DNA of 64,000 nucleotides from Cyanophora paradoxa CCMP329 (GCA_004431415.1 QPMI01000582.1:100362-164361), one strand, 5' to 3'; shown: positions 23,605 to 36,615, counted from the stretch's first letter. The notes: generated by a model from the sequence alone, not told the origin. Program-made: numbers and translations.

Positions 23605-26600
23605 ATGGCGCTGGATCCGGACGATGGCGAGATCCGTGCAGCAGATGAACAGAAGGATCCCGCGGACAGCCCAGCGTCACCGGCGAGTTCGGCCGGTGCG
23701 CCCTGTTCGGACGAGCCCAGCGACCGCCCTTCCCAAGCTCACGTACGGCCCGCGATCTCAGCGGGCGACGCCTCGTCACCGCCCAGCAAGCCCGCGGACG
23801 GCATGGCCAAGCCGGAGCTTAAGCTGTTCCTGCCGAAGTGAGACCCCTGCATGCGATTTGGGCGCCCGTGCCGGGCCGACGCGCCGGCGCGCAGCGACGA
23901 GGGGCTGAAGCGCTTCTACGTCATCGTATTCATCTTTTCGACGTACAATATGGTCATCATCCCTTTCCGAGCGTGCGCCCCGCGATCGCCCCGCCCGCCC
24001 GCCCCTGCCGCCCGCGGCCGCCAACGCCGGCCGCTGCGCAGTGCCTTCCTGTACGACGAGGCGCGCCGCGGCCGCTCCCGCCCCTGCGGACGTACAGGCG
24101 GAGGCGGGGCGCTGATGGGGGGCGGGGCGGGCAGGCGCCGCACGGGGTGTACCTGGTGCTGGACTACGCGGGGGACGTCGTCCTCTGGGTGCACCTCTAC
24201 CTCGGCTTCCGCACCTGCTACCACGACTCCGACGGCATGTGGGTCGAGGACCCCGCCAAGGCCCGCCCCCGCCCCCGCCCCGCCCCTGCCCCGCCCCCGC
24301 CTCGTCCCGACCCCCCGCCGCCCCGCAGATCCGGGCGCAGTACGTGCGCTCGGCGGCCTTTATCGCGAACCTGATCTCCCTCATGCCGGGTGAGAGCGCC
24401 GCGCCCCCGGGCCCCCGCCGGCGTGACGGGCGCCCGGCAGCGGACCTCTTCGCCCTCGCCTTTGGCTGGAAGCACTACGTCCTCCTCCGGTGCCCGCCGG
24501 CCCCGGGCCCCACGCGGCCCCTCTGAGGTGGACGGGGGCCGGCCGGCAGGCTGTTCCGGTTCGCGCGGCTCCCGTGGACCCTCCGCCTCCTCGAGATGTG
24601 GGAGTACGGCGCCGTGCGCCCCGCCCCCCCGCCAGATGATCGCCACGAAGCGAGGCAGCGAGACGCCCACGCGCCCGCTCCGCTCGCTTCGCAGTCCTTC
24701 TCGAACTACGTGCGCCTGCTGAAGTCGCTCATCATCGTCGTCCTCATCATCCACTCCATCTCCTGCCTCTACCGCGGTCCGCCCTACCCCTCGCGCCCCC
24801 TCAGCGCCCCTCCTTCTCCGCCCTCCGACGCGGCGGCAGCGGTGGCGCTGGCGGCGCACGACCCGGAGGCGCTGGGGGCGGCCCCCGACGGGCCGCCCCC
24901 GGACCTCGCCATGCAGTACATCCTCAGGCCCGCCCGCACGCCCCCCCGGGCTCAAGAGCGCTCCGAGCCCCAACGCCCAGCACGCGAGGCTCCTTCCCGC
25001 CTCGGCTGTGCCTCCTGACGCCGCGCGCAGCGTGATCTGGACGATGGGGACGCTCGCCGAGAACGTGCCCCCTCCTCCCCGCCGCCTCATCTGCCTGCGC
25101 CCCGCCGGGGCTGACGGGGCCGTGGCGCAGACGGGGAACCCGCCCCGCAACCTCAGCGAGGCGGTCCTCACCGCCTTCGTCATGTGCGCGCCCCGGGCCG
25201 GTCGGGAGCGCCCTCGCGGAGAGGGGGCGCGACGTGGGGGCGGGGCGGGGGCAGGTTCCTGGGGTTCTCGATGGTGGCGGCGTTCATCGGAGGGACGTCG
25301 GACCTCATCTCGAACATGAACGCCGCCGAGGTCTCCTTCAAGGAGAAGATGGACATCGTCTCCCAGGCCCGGCCCGGCCCCCCCGCCTCTCAACCCCTCC
25401 CGGCCCGGCTCCTCCCGCCTGAGCGGGCGGGGCGGGGCGCAGTTCATGTCGTACCGGCAGCTGCCGCCGGAGCTGCAGCGGAGGATCGTGGGGTACCTGG
25501 AGTACATGTGGCGGCGCCAGCGGGGCATGGACGACAAGGAGATCCTCGCCGAGCTGCCCCCGCACCTCCAGGTCCCAGGCGGCCCCCGCGCGCCCCGCGC
25601 GCCCGCGCCGACCCCGCGGGGCGCGCGCAGGCGGAGATCGCGCGGCACCTGAACAGGGAGATCCTCGCCAAGGTCCCCGCCCGCCCCCGAGCGCCCGGCA
25701 CGCCCCGGCGGGGGGGCGAGCGGGGTGGGCGGGCAGGTGCCGCTCTTCGCGAACGCGGACCGGTCGTTCCTCTCGGAGCTGGTGACGAAGCTGAAGCCGC
25801 GCCTCTACGGCCCCGGCGAGTACATCATCCGCTACGGCGAGGTGCCCCTCCCGCACCCCACCCCACGCCGCGGGGCGCGCTGAGCGCCGCGCCGGGGCCT
25901 CCCGGGGGCAGGTCGGCCGCGAGATGTTCTTCCTCTCCCGTGGCTTCGTCGAGGCGCCCCGCCCGCCCCTCCCGCCCCGCGCCCCCCTCGCCGCCCGTCA
26001 CCCCGCGCCCCGCAGGTGTGCAGCGAGGACGGGACGCGGGTCTTCAAGACGATGAGCGACGGGGAGTACTTCGGGGAGATCGCGCTGCTCCTCGCCGACA
26101 AGCGCACCGCCTCGGTGCGGGCGAGGACCTACTGCGACCTCTTCTGCCTGGAGAAGGTCCGCGGGGCGCGGGGCCTTGGGCGCGCCGGGGCGCTGAGGGG
26201 GGGCGCGCAGGCGGACCTGGAGGAGCTGCTGGAGGACTACCCCGACGTCCACGCCATGCTCCGGTGCCCTCCCGCCCCGCCCCGCCCCCTCGCCGCCGCT
26301 GCCTCCCCCTCGCGCTCACCGAGGGGGCAGGGAGATGGCGCGGATGCGGGCGAGCAACCCGACGACGGCCTCGGCGGCGGCCGGCAAGGGCCCGCAGCGC
26401 ACCGTCTCCTTCTCGGCCGCCGCGCACGGCATCCTCCTCACCACGCGCCGCGCCTCCACCGGGGGGTTCGTCCCCGCGGGCCCCGGGGCGCCCCCCTTGG
26501 CGCCCGTCATCTCGGACGCGGACTCGTCGGGGCACGCCTCGTCGTCGGCAGGGCCGCCCACGCTGCCCCGCCAGGGCTCCTGGCGCGAGGGCCGCCGCGG

Positions 26601-28168
26601 CTCCAACTGCAGCGCCGACGGCTCCGACGACAGCGCGGCGACGTCGCCGCGGGGCGGGCCGCCCTCGCGGGGCGCGCTGGGCCGCCGGCCGGGCTCCTTC
26701 ATGGCCGACCGCGGCCGCATGGACGTCGTCCTCCGCCACCAGTGGGCCCTCCGCATCATCCGCGTGCGCCCCCGCGAGCCCCCGCGCGCCCCCGCCCGAG
26801 CGAGCCCCGCGCGGGGCGCGCGCGCAGCGCTTCGTGCAGGCCTGGGCGGCGATCCACCGGGCGCGGCGGGAGGCGGAGCGGGAGGCGGCGGCGGGGCGCG
26901 CGCCGCTCCCCAAGACGCACTCCATGCGGGACTTGCTGGGGCCCCCCAGGCGCGCTCGCCTCCGCCCCCCGCCCCCCGGCCCTGCTCACGCCCCGGGGCC
27001 CCTCGCAGGATGCGGCGGCCGGGCTCGGGGCCCTCGCGGGGCTGCCCCCGTGCCGCCCTTCGCCGGGGCGGCAAGCGGGCCTCGCTCCCCGACGCCGCCC
27101 TCGGCGCCGTGCCGCCCGCCGAGCGCCCCGAGGCCGCCCTCGCCCTCGGGCCCGCCCCGGAGTCCCCCTCGGGCCCCCCGAGGCCGGCGGCGAGGCGGCG
27201 GGCCTCGCGGCGCGGCGGCGCGCGATGCGCACGGCGTCGCTGCCGGCGCTGCGCATCCCCCGGGGGCCCTGCTGCAGCCGCCCGGGGTGGGGGCAAGCTG
27301 AGCCCCATCCCCCACAGCCCGACCAACGCCGGCGAGAGCGGCTCGGGCGGGAGGGCGACAGCGGGCCGCCCTCCCCGCCCCCGCCGCGCCGCTCCCGAGG
27401 GAGAGCCCCGTGCGCGCGAGCCCGCAGCGGGGGCGCCGGGGCGGAGGCGGGGCAGGCGGGGACGCCGGGCAAGGGGGCGGGGACGCCCTACTGGACCCGC
27501 AAGGCGGTGGAGGTCATGCTCTCCCTCAACGAGGCGCCCCTCCCCCGCCCCGACCGGCCCACCCCGAGGCCCCGCCCCCGCCCGAGCCCCGCGCACCAGC
27601 GGAGGGCGAGCTCGACATCGAGGCGGCGGCGGCGGCCGCTGCGGCGCGCGTGATGCAGGCGGCCGGCGTGGGCTCGGGCGGGGCCGGGGCGGGCCCGGGG
27701 CCGGGGAGCTGCGGCGGCGGCGGCGGGGCTCGGCGGCCTCTGTGGGACGGAGGGGGACGACGAGGAGGAGGTCCACGAGCTGCGCCCCGCCGACCTCGGC
27801 CTGCCCCCGCCGCCCCCGCCCCCGCCCGCCCCGGCCCCGCCCCGCACTCCGCCCCAGCGCCAGCTCGGGAAACGGGGGGCCGACCCCCGCGCCCTCCCAG
27901 TAGGGAGGGCCGGGGGTCGGCCGCCCGGTCCCGACCCCGCAGCCCCGGCCCGGCCCCGGCCCCGCAGCCGCGCCCCGCCGCCGGGGCCGCGCGGGTGCCG
28001 CCCCTGCGGCACCTCGCCGTGGACGTGGCCCCCGCCGGCCCCGGCCCCGGCCCCGGCCCCGGCGCTCTCCTCGAGCTCCCCGCCGCCTTCCTCCTGCAGC
28101 TGACGCCCCCGACCCCGCGCAAGGACAGGGCGCCCTCGCGCTCCCCCCGCGGGCCCGACGCCGTTTAG
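23605..28168 (+). CDS. Cyclic-nucleotide-binding-domain cation channel (CNG/HCN/KCNH superfamily), multi-exon; 3' end uncertain
   Basis: S1-S6 helices (YNMVIIPFR, YLGFRTCY, RLFRFARL), C-linker (FKEKMDIVSQFMSYRQLPPELQRRIVGYLEYMW), CNBD (VPLFANAD, YGPGEYIIRYGEVGREMFF, GEYFGEIALL, RTASVRARTYCDLFCLEK). Confidence 0.9.
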
Positions 28169-28489
28169 CCCCCCGCCCTTTCACCTTCCCGCCCGCCCCG
28201 CCGGCGCCGCGCCCACGTATACGTACAAAGCGGCAGTTTTCGAACTCGCGGCGATTGTTTTTCAAGGATGCATATTCAACAGTAGTGCCATACCAAACCG
28301 TTTCATCGGAACGTAGTGTTGAGCTAGAGTAACGAAGAGTAACGACGTGATACTGCGATCGCAAACAGACAGACTTTTCAACTTGCTGGCAAGTTTGTAC
28401 GTGTCTCAGATATCGATTCGATCACGCAATTGCACTATACACCTGCAGCTGATCGGATGCAGAGGCAGCGCTCGACTCGGGCGTGGGGC

Positions 28490-29417
28490 CTAGGGGGCGG
28501 GGGCGGGGGCGGAGGCGGCGAGGAAGGCCTTGAGGTCCTCGATGAAGTCGGAGAGGAGGCCCTCGGCGGCGACGCGGAGGCCCGCCGCCTCGACCACCAC
28601 GTACACCTTCGCCTGCAGCGCGTCCGCGTGCACGTTCGGGTTGCAGTCCACCTGCGCCCCCCCGCCCCCGTCACCCCGGCCCCGCAGCCGCCGCGCACGG
28701 GGCGCACCGCGAGCTTGACGGCCCCGTCCTCTGCGCGGTACTCCATCTGCTCGTACCGCGTGCGCGCCGACGGCTTCGCCGCCAGCTCCTCCTTCTTGTT
28801 CTTGAAGGAGATGAGCACCCCGTTGACCTGAGGGGCCGCAAGCGAAGTCAAGCCGGCGCAATGACCAGCTGCAGCGTGCGATATCGATGCGAAGATTGAT
28901 TCGGAAGGGCGCTGGATCTCGGACCTCATCGCCGAGTTTCCGGGCGGATTCGTACGTCCACGGGAAGGAGACCATCGTCCCGTCCGCGAAGGCAAACCGG
29001 AGGGTCGTGGCCGTCGACGCGGCGGCGGATGCGGAGACTGCGACGTCGTGGCCGCGGTCAGGACAAACCGCGGGGCTCCCGTTCCGCAGCAAGCACCGAC
29101 TGAAACGGAAGAGAAGGACGGGCCCGCCGGAACGGCAGAGAACGCCGAGCTGGGCGCGTACGTACGCCTGACTTCGCCGCCGACGAACTCCCGGCGCCCA
29201 AGACGCTCCGACCGGGCTGCCGTCCTGGATTTCACACGTACGTGCTGCTGGCAGCCGACCAGCCCCGGTGCCTGCGGAGCCGCGTACGTTTCAGCAAGTG
29301 ATAAGAATCTCGCCGCACCCGCCTGTCGGAGCTCACCGCAGCGGACGCGAACAGATGTGCGGCCGCAGGCGAGCGGCTTGACGAAGAAGCGACGGCGGCG
29401 GCGGCGGCGAAGGGCAT
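28490..29417 (-). CDS. Putative plastid-targeted protein similar to a cyanobacterial conserved hypothetical protein, multi-exon
   Basis: MPFAAAAAVASSSSRS presequence; mature part TLRFAFADGTMVSFPWT..SARKL...MEYRAEDGAVKLA|VDCNPNVHADALQAKVYVVV...LIEDL-like end resembles a cyanobacterial family with an MEY...CNPN...AKV pattern (from memory). Confidence 0.65.
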
Positions 29418-29521
29418 CTTTCGAACCGGGGGACGAACTGAGGACGGGTAGAGGAGCCAACGTTTTTTGCAACCGACGGGTAGAGGAGCAAACCCACGAA
29501 GCCGAACGCCTTCGAATATCA

Positions 29522-30347
29522 ATGGAAGAAGTGAACAAGCTCATCGACACGGAGCGCGGGGTGCTGAAGCCCGGTGCGCCACCCCGCTCTCGCGGCGCCC
29601 CCCCTGCATTCGCGGCGCCCCCTGCGGCGCCCCCTGCTGCCTGCGCGCTCGCTAAGCTCACCCATGATTGATTCCTCTCGCGTACGCCGCTTGGATCGCG
29701 CGCTGCGAGTGGCCTCCTGACGCGCGCGGCATTTTGTTGGCGTTGTTCCCTGACCCGCCTCGCGCCTCGCGCAGCCGAGGAAGCGGCGCTTCGCGAGCAG
29801 CACCCGTCCTGCAAGGAGCTTCGTGGCCACCCGGTACGCGGCGCCTTCTCTCGCGGCGCGGCGCCCAAAAGTTGACGATTGATCACACAATTGAAGGTGA
29901 GGCCGTATCCGACGGGCGCCAGCGTTGATGCAGACGCGAACATCGTTCGTGGAAACCTTACAGCTTGTGACTGGAGCGCGCGCTGACGCGCCGGGTCGGC
30001 GCAGACGCGCGAGGGCGACCCGAGCGACGAGAGGCTCGCGGACCTCGTGCGGCGGGAGGACCTTGTCGAGGACGTCGGTTCCGGCGACGAGGGAGCGCTG
30101 CGGAGCCAGCCCGCGCGCCCTTACCCGACGGAGGACGAAGGCACCGCCGGCGAGGTCCGTGCCTGGACGCTGTCGAGGCTTGTTGTTTCCTGTGTTTCCT
30201 GGTGTGAGACGGCGTGCGTGCGGGCGGCAGCGCATCGAGAGCACTGGAGCGGGCGAGGTGAGCAGCTAGCGCGGCGGACGCGAGCGGATCCCCGCGCCGT
30301 CGCCTCGGCACGCATAGCTCCTCGCCACGCAGTACCCCCCTGTTTAG
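29522..30347 (+). CDS. Possible small multi-exon gene, or 5' exons of the downstream PX-domain gene
   Basis: MEEVNKLIDTERGVLKP followed by a GT donor; internal exon TREGDPSDERLADLVRREDLVEDVGSGDEG flanked by CAG and GC sites; no family recognised. Confidence 0.3.
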
Positions 30348-30462
30348 ATTGCCGCCGTGAGCAATAAACCAGCGATCCACGCACCACCCATGCCGCGCGC
30401 AGGAGACGCCGGGGCCCGGGCGCACCGCATCCGAGGTGCACCTGCAGCTGGGCCGGGGGCGC

Positions 30463-33400
30463 ATGCGCCGGCGCCGCGGGGCCGCCGCACCGATCGCGAC
30501 GGGCGGGGCGCATGCGCAGGGCGAGCGCGAGTGGGAGCGGACGCCGGCGCCAGAGATCGTCGTCGAGAGCTCAGACGCGGGCGCGGGCGCCGCCGCCGGC
30601 CCCGCGCAGGCACAGGAGGCGCCGTGGGGCGCCCCGCCGCCACCGCGCCCGCCGCGGCGGTCGCCGCCGTCGGGCGGGGAGCGGGAGGGGGCGCCGGGCC
30701 TGAGCCTCGGGGCGCGGGAGAGCTCGACGTCGCTGGCGTCGCTGGCGCCGTCGGCCTCACCGCCCTCGAACTGGCCGCGCCGGAACCGGAGCCGCGGCGC
30801 CGGGCGCCACTCGCGCTCCTCCTCGGGGGAGCGCTCGGAGGGCTTCGGGCCCGCCACCCCGCCCTCCACCCCCTGGTCCGTCTCCGGCTACCCCGTCGGC
30901 TACACGGCCACCACCGTGACGCCCACGGCGGGGCGGCTGCGGCGCGCCAGCGAGCACCTCTCCAGCGACTCGGGGGCGCGCCCGCCGCCCAACACGTCGC
31001 CCCCGGACATCGGCGGCGACGTCTCCGACCCGAGCGAGGCCCGCCGGCGGCCCTCTCCCCCCGCGCCGCTGGAGCATGCCGCCCCTCGACCGCTCCCCTA
31101 CGCCGGGGCCCTCGGCGGGGCGGGGGCGGGGCGGCAGCCGGCGCCACTCGTGCGCGGACGAGCACACGCGGCCCGTCGTCTCCGGCCGCTCCGCCTACGC
31201 CCAGGCCCCCCGCCCCTGCCCTCCCCTCCCCTCGGCCCGCGCCCCGGGCCCCCGCTCACTCTGCCCCCGCAGAAGTACGTGCCGGCGGCGACGGCCTTCG
31301 AGCCGGCCCTCCGCCGCGCCGCCGGCGAGCTCCGGGTCCGTCCGCGGCTTCCTACTGGGCTCCCAGCTGAGCGCCGCCGCAGCCGCACGACGAGGAGGCC
31401 GTGGCCGTCACCGTCCTCGCCCCGCCCGGCACCGTCCGCCCGCCCCGCCCCGCCCTGCGCCCTCTCTCGAGAGGCCCCGCAGGAGAGCGTGCCGGCCGGG
31501 GAGCGGGCGCGGCGGCTCTTCTTCGAGGTGCGCCACGCCACGCTCCCCTGCCGCCGTGAAGCGGAGCCGGGGGCCGGGGACTGACGCCGTGTCGCCGGCC
31601 GTGGGAGGTGCGGGCGCGGAGCTCGGCGGGGGCGTTCGCGGCGGTCTCGCGGCTGGGGCGCTGGGTGCCCCTCCCCGAGGAGGCCCCCCTCGCCGCCGCC
31701 CTCGGTCCGCCCCCCTGCCCACTCCGCCTCGCCTCGCCTCGCCTCGCTGACGGGCCGGGGCAGGGGGCGCCCCCGCACCGGAGCGGCCGTGCTTCGAGTT
31801 CGCCGTGCGCCGCCGCGTGCGCGACTTCGCCGCGCTCTACGCCGAGGCGCGCCCCCCGCCCGCAGCCCCCGCCCCGCCCGCCCCTCTAACACCGCCCCCT
31901 CCCCCGCAGCTCGCCGCCGCCGTCCCGCACGAGCTGATCCCCTTCCCGGCCTCGGCCGGCGCTGACCTGGCGGGGCCCGAGGCGGGGGCCGTCGAGCGCT
32001 GCCGGCGCCGCCTCGAGGCCTTCCTCCGCCGCGCCGCCGCCCGCCCCGCCGCCCGCGCCAGCGCCCCCTTCGTCGCCTTCTGCACCCTCCAGGCGCCCCG
32101 CCCCCAGCGCCGCCGGCGGAGCGGAGGGGCGCTCAGGGGCGGGGCGGGGCAGGGCTGGAGCCCCGCGCCGGCGGCCGTCGCCGAGGGGACGACCTCCTCT
32201 CCGTGCGCCCACCCCGCCCCGCTCCGCCCCGCCCGCCCCGCCCGCCCCGCCCGCGCGACGCCGCCGCAGGCGTGGGCGCCCCTCGCGGGGCCCGCCTCCG
32301 TCTTCGGCGGCGGCTTCGTCGCACCCTCCGCCCACGGTCCCGCCCCCGCCCCCGCCCTCGCCCCGCCCCGCGCGGCCGCCCGAGGGCCGGGGCGGGCAGG
32401 CGGGGCGAGCGCGGCGGGGCGGCCTCGGACGACGGCCCGCGGCGCCGCTTCTCGCTCCGGGCGCTGCTGACCCAGGAGGCCGCCCGACGGGCGCCCCTCC
32501 CCGCCGCGAGCTCTGGACCGCCGCCGACGACGCCGCCACCCCCGACGCCGCCGCCCGCGCCGCCCGCGAGCACTCCAACTGGTCGCCCCTCGACCCGCCT
32601 CTTCGCCTTGGGCCCACGCCCCTCCCCTCATCCTCGCCGTCGCGCAGGTGGCGGGCGGCGGACGCGTACTGCGCGGGGGTGCACGACCGCGCGCACCGCG
32701 CCGCCCGCGCCCTCCGCCGCCTCGACCGCCACTTCGCCGGCCCGCGCCGCCCCGCCCCCGCGTGGCGCCGCCCTGAGCCGCGCGGGGCGGGCAGAGTCGG
32801 GGGGCACTGGGCCGCCTTCGGGCGATCTGCGGCGAGCTCGGCTCCGTCGCCGGCGCCTCCGCCGAAGAGGCCCCTCCTCTCCCTCACGCCCCGCCCCGCC
32901 AGCCCCTCACCGCCTCCCCTCCATGCGCAGGCCCGCCAGCGCGCCGAGGCCGAGGCGGCCGCGGCCGCGGCGGCGGCGGCGGCGGGGCGCTCGGGGGCGG
33001 GGGCGGGCGGAGCGGGTCCCTCCCGACGGTAGCCGAGGAGGGCGAGGCGGGGCCCTCCGAGGCGGAGGCAAGCTAACCCATGCCGCGCATCGCGCCCCGT
33101 CCCGTGCATTCCTCTCCTCACGGTGCCTCCGCGCGCAGCCGGCGTCGCTGGTGATGCAGGGCCTGCTTCGCGCGGCGGCCGCCACGGCCGCCTGCCTCGC
33201 CGCCCTCCCGCCCCGAGCCTCCCCGCCGAGGGCCCCGAGCCGGTCAGCGCGCCCGCCCGCCCCGCCCCTCTGCCCTCCTCGGCTGCGCGGCGGGCGAGCC
33301 TCAGGGTCGGGGTGCAGGGCGGGCCGCTGGGGGACGCGCTGGACGAGCACGAGTTCCTCCTTGACGCCCTCCGCGTCCGCCCCGCCCCGCCCCGCCCCGC

Positions 33401-34310
33401 CGCCCCGCCCCAGGCGCGTTGAGCGCGGCGCGGGGGGCCCGGCGGCAGCGGGCGGAGCGGCGGGCGGCGGCGCTGTGGGGCGGGCGGAGGAGGCGGAGGG
33501 GGAGCTCGCCTCCGAGCGCCGCCGCCTCGCCCACGTCCTCCGGTCCGCCGCCCGGGGCGGCCTGCCGCGCCCTCCCCCGCCGACCCCCGCCTCGGGCACG
33601 CGCAGGACGGGCCACGCGGGGGCGGCGGAGGCGCTCGGCTGCTGCGGCCCCCGCGCCGGCCTGGCGGAGCTGCTGGGGCCCCGCGGGCGGCGGGCGGGCC
33701 TCGGGGCGGGGCCACGCGGAGCGCGCCCGCCGGCGCTCCTCCGAGCTCCAGTCCCGCGTCGCCGAGGCCCGCCGCCCCGCCTCGCTTCTCGCCCCTGCGC
33801 GTTCTCTCCCGAGGCGGCCCTCGCAGCTGGAGGCGGGCGTGCGGCGGCGCAGGCCGAGTACGACGCCTTCTTCGAGTCCGCGTGCGCCCCTCCCCGCCTC
33901 CTTCCTCCCGCCCTCGAGGCGAGGCGATGGGCCGGGGCGCAGGCGGGGGGCCCTGGAGGGGGCGGCGCGGGGGCGGGCGGGCGTACGGGCGGGTGCTGGA
34001 GGGGGTGGCGCGGGGCCACCTCGAGCGCCACGAGGTGCCCGCCTGCACGCAGCCTCCCCCCGGCTCGAGCCCTCGCTCGCTGAGCCCCCTCCTGCAGGCG
34101 GCCGAGGCGGCCTGGTCGGAGCTCCTCGCCGCCCTCGACGACGCCGCCGCCAAGCTCCGCCCCGCCGCCGCCCCCGCCGCCCGCGAGGCCGCCCGCCTCG
34201 GCGGTCATGATCAGGGCGAGGGCGAGGGCGAGGAGATCCGCGTGGAGGGGGCGGGGGCCTTGCGGGGCGACGCCGGGGCCGGCGTCTGCATCGCCGCCCC
34301 CGAGGAGTGA
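30463..34310 (+). CDS. PX-domain (sorting nexin-like) protein with helical C-terminus, multi-exon; start uncertain
   Basis: FEFAVRRRVRDFAALYAE|LAAAVPHELIPFP...VERCRRRLEAFLRRAAARP...SAPFVAFCT at 31790-32090 fits the PX consensus. Confidence 0.65.
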
Positions 34311-34811
34311 TCGCTTGCATCATCGATGTCCCCGCATCATGATCACGCGGACCACTGGACCAGGCGTTCGAGCTCCAGATATCTCAGAGTCTTTTCAAAT
34401 TTTGGCATTCAAGTTTGACTCGGTGAAATGCCATGGCCAGGATGATGCACGTGTACATGTATATGTATGTGTACATCTCTACGACTGCTGCTCCCTACCA
34501 TAGCTATAGCTAGCGCTAGGCCTGAGGACTACGGACTGTACAGTTTCATTTTACGTCTTTGAAGCCTTTAAGCTGAGAACTTGAAAAGGACGCGAGAATC
34601 GAAGCTCGTAACATGTAATCGATATTCGATAATCGATCTGTAAAAAGAATACGTGACGATGAGCGTGCCAAGTGCAACTGCAATGGCCTCCTAGCGAGAT
34701 AAGACTCGCGCTGAATGCATATGGCGGGGGGAAGGCTGCAAGATGAGCGCACGAGAGACTAGAGCGCGCCGCGACGCAGGAGCCGGGCCGGCGGGGCGGG
34801 CGGGGCCTGGG

Positions 34812-36615
34812 TCACATGATGAGGGTCTGGGAGAGGCCGGCGAAGACATCCCTCAGCGCCACCTGCCAGCCGCCCGGCGCCGGCCGCCCGGCCGCCCGGT
34901 CAGTGGAGGCTCGGGAGGGTGGGGGGGAAGGGGAGGGGGCGCCTGGGCGATCCAGGCCTGGAGGGCGTCCCACTGGGCGGCGACGTCGGCGGCGGCCTCG
35001 CGCGCGTCCTGCCCGTGGCCCGTCTGCCAGCGCCACGTCGAGACCTTGTCCATGATCGCCCCCAGCCGGTCGTACGCCCCCCGGCTCGTCCCCAGCAGCC
35101 CCGCCGCCTCGCTGCCGCCCCCGCCCCGCCCCTCAGCCCAGCAGCCCGGGGCGCCGCGGGCGCGTGCGGCTGCCCGCCTGCCGAAGATGCCGGGGAAGTA
35201 GTTCGCCATGTTCAGCACCGAGCGGATCCCTTTCCGGCTGATCCCAGGAGTCGGTGGCGGTGGCGGGGTGGGAAGAGGGGGTGCGCACAAGTTGTGGTAC
35301 GCGGTGATGCTCTCCTCCTCGAGCAGCGACTCGCGCGGCAGCTGCGGCGTGCGGGGGGCGCCGTCGAGGAGGGGGCGGGCCACCGCGGGCCGAGCGGGCC
35401 CCGACAGAGCGCAGAGGCGCGACGAACCGCGGCGGCGATGTCCATGAGGCGGTCGGCGCGCTCGAGCGAGGCCCGCTCCAGCCGCGCTGCCCGCCCCCCT
35501 ACCGCTCAGAGCCAGCTGGGGGGGCTCGGAGCAGGCAGCGGGGGGTACCGATGTTCTGGAGGCCGGTCCAGCGGAGGTCGGGGACGAGGCGGCAGGCGCC
35601 CCACCAGGCCTTGACGCTCAGCTCCGCGTCGGGTCGGTAGAAGAGGACGGTGCGGAAGGGCCGGGCGAGGTAGCCCCGCCAGGCCGGCTCCTTGGAGAGG
35701 ACGGCGGCCTTCCACTGCAGCACCGCGGCCCGCAGCTGCGCCGCCTCCTCCGCCGTGTACTGCCCCCGGGGCGGCCCCCCCGGCGCTCGAGCCTCGAGGC
35801 GCGCCCTCGGGCCCGCTGGGCCGGGGGGCGGGGCGGGCGCACGGGGACGCCGGAGTCGCAGAGGTCCTTGAAGGCGCCCGCGACGGCGTGCCCCCTGTTG
35901 AGCGCCCGCCGCACCTCTCCCCACCCCGCAGCCCCCGCCCTTCGTTCAGAGGCCCGCCCCGCTCCGCGCAGCGCTCGTCGGGGCGCACCGATCCAGAGGT
36001 CCGGCTTCCCCGGCGTCCAGGGGTACGCGAAAGAGAAGCTGCGGCAGACCGTGAGCACAGCTGCGCGAAAGGGCGGGGGGCAGGGGCTCACATGTCGAGG
36101 TAGTCCCGCATCACTGTTACCGCCTGCAGCGGGCAATCAATAACAAGCCGATCTCTGCAGAGTCTAGATACGGCGCGCGGAGCTGCGTGGGCCACGAGCG
36201 GCTAGCCGACCACGCTCCGGACCCCGCCGGTAACGCAGCGCGCTCACACGGGATGAGCCGCATGCATTGCGAACTACTGATAGCAGCTAAGCTAAAATCT
36301 TGTGTACCGCACGCAGATCTTTGCCCCCGGCAGGCGCTGTGGTCGCGTTGAAGCTCGCAAGCGCTCGCATCACTTGGTTCAGGCCGTCTACCGTCCTCTG
36401 CGCCAGATCACCTGCGCTGGCATGTAGGCCGGTGGAGGGCTAGCGATCGGAGGCGCCGCAGCGCCGCGCGTACCATAAGGCCGCGCGTCGAACTCCCCTG
36501 GCTGAATCACCCACGCTCCCTGGCGCCCTTCGTCGTCGAGGGCGAGCGCAATACCCGCGGCGAGCAAGAGCAGCGCCGCCAGCTGCAGCTGCAACCGGCT
36601 GCAAGGCCGCATCAT
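34812..36615 (-). CDS. Uncharacterised protein with predicted signal peptide, multi-exon
   Basis: MMRPCSRLQLQLAALLLLAAGIALALDD N-terminus; coding-like exons FSFAYPWTPGKPDLWI, LQWKAAVLSKEPAWRGYLARPFRTVLFY, GIRSVLNMANYFPGIFG, VALRDVFAGLSQTLIM*. Confidence 0.5.
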
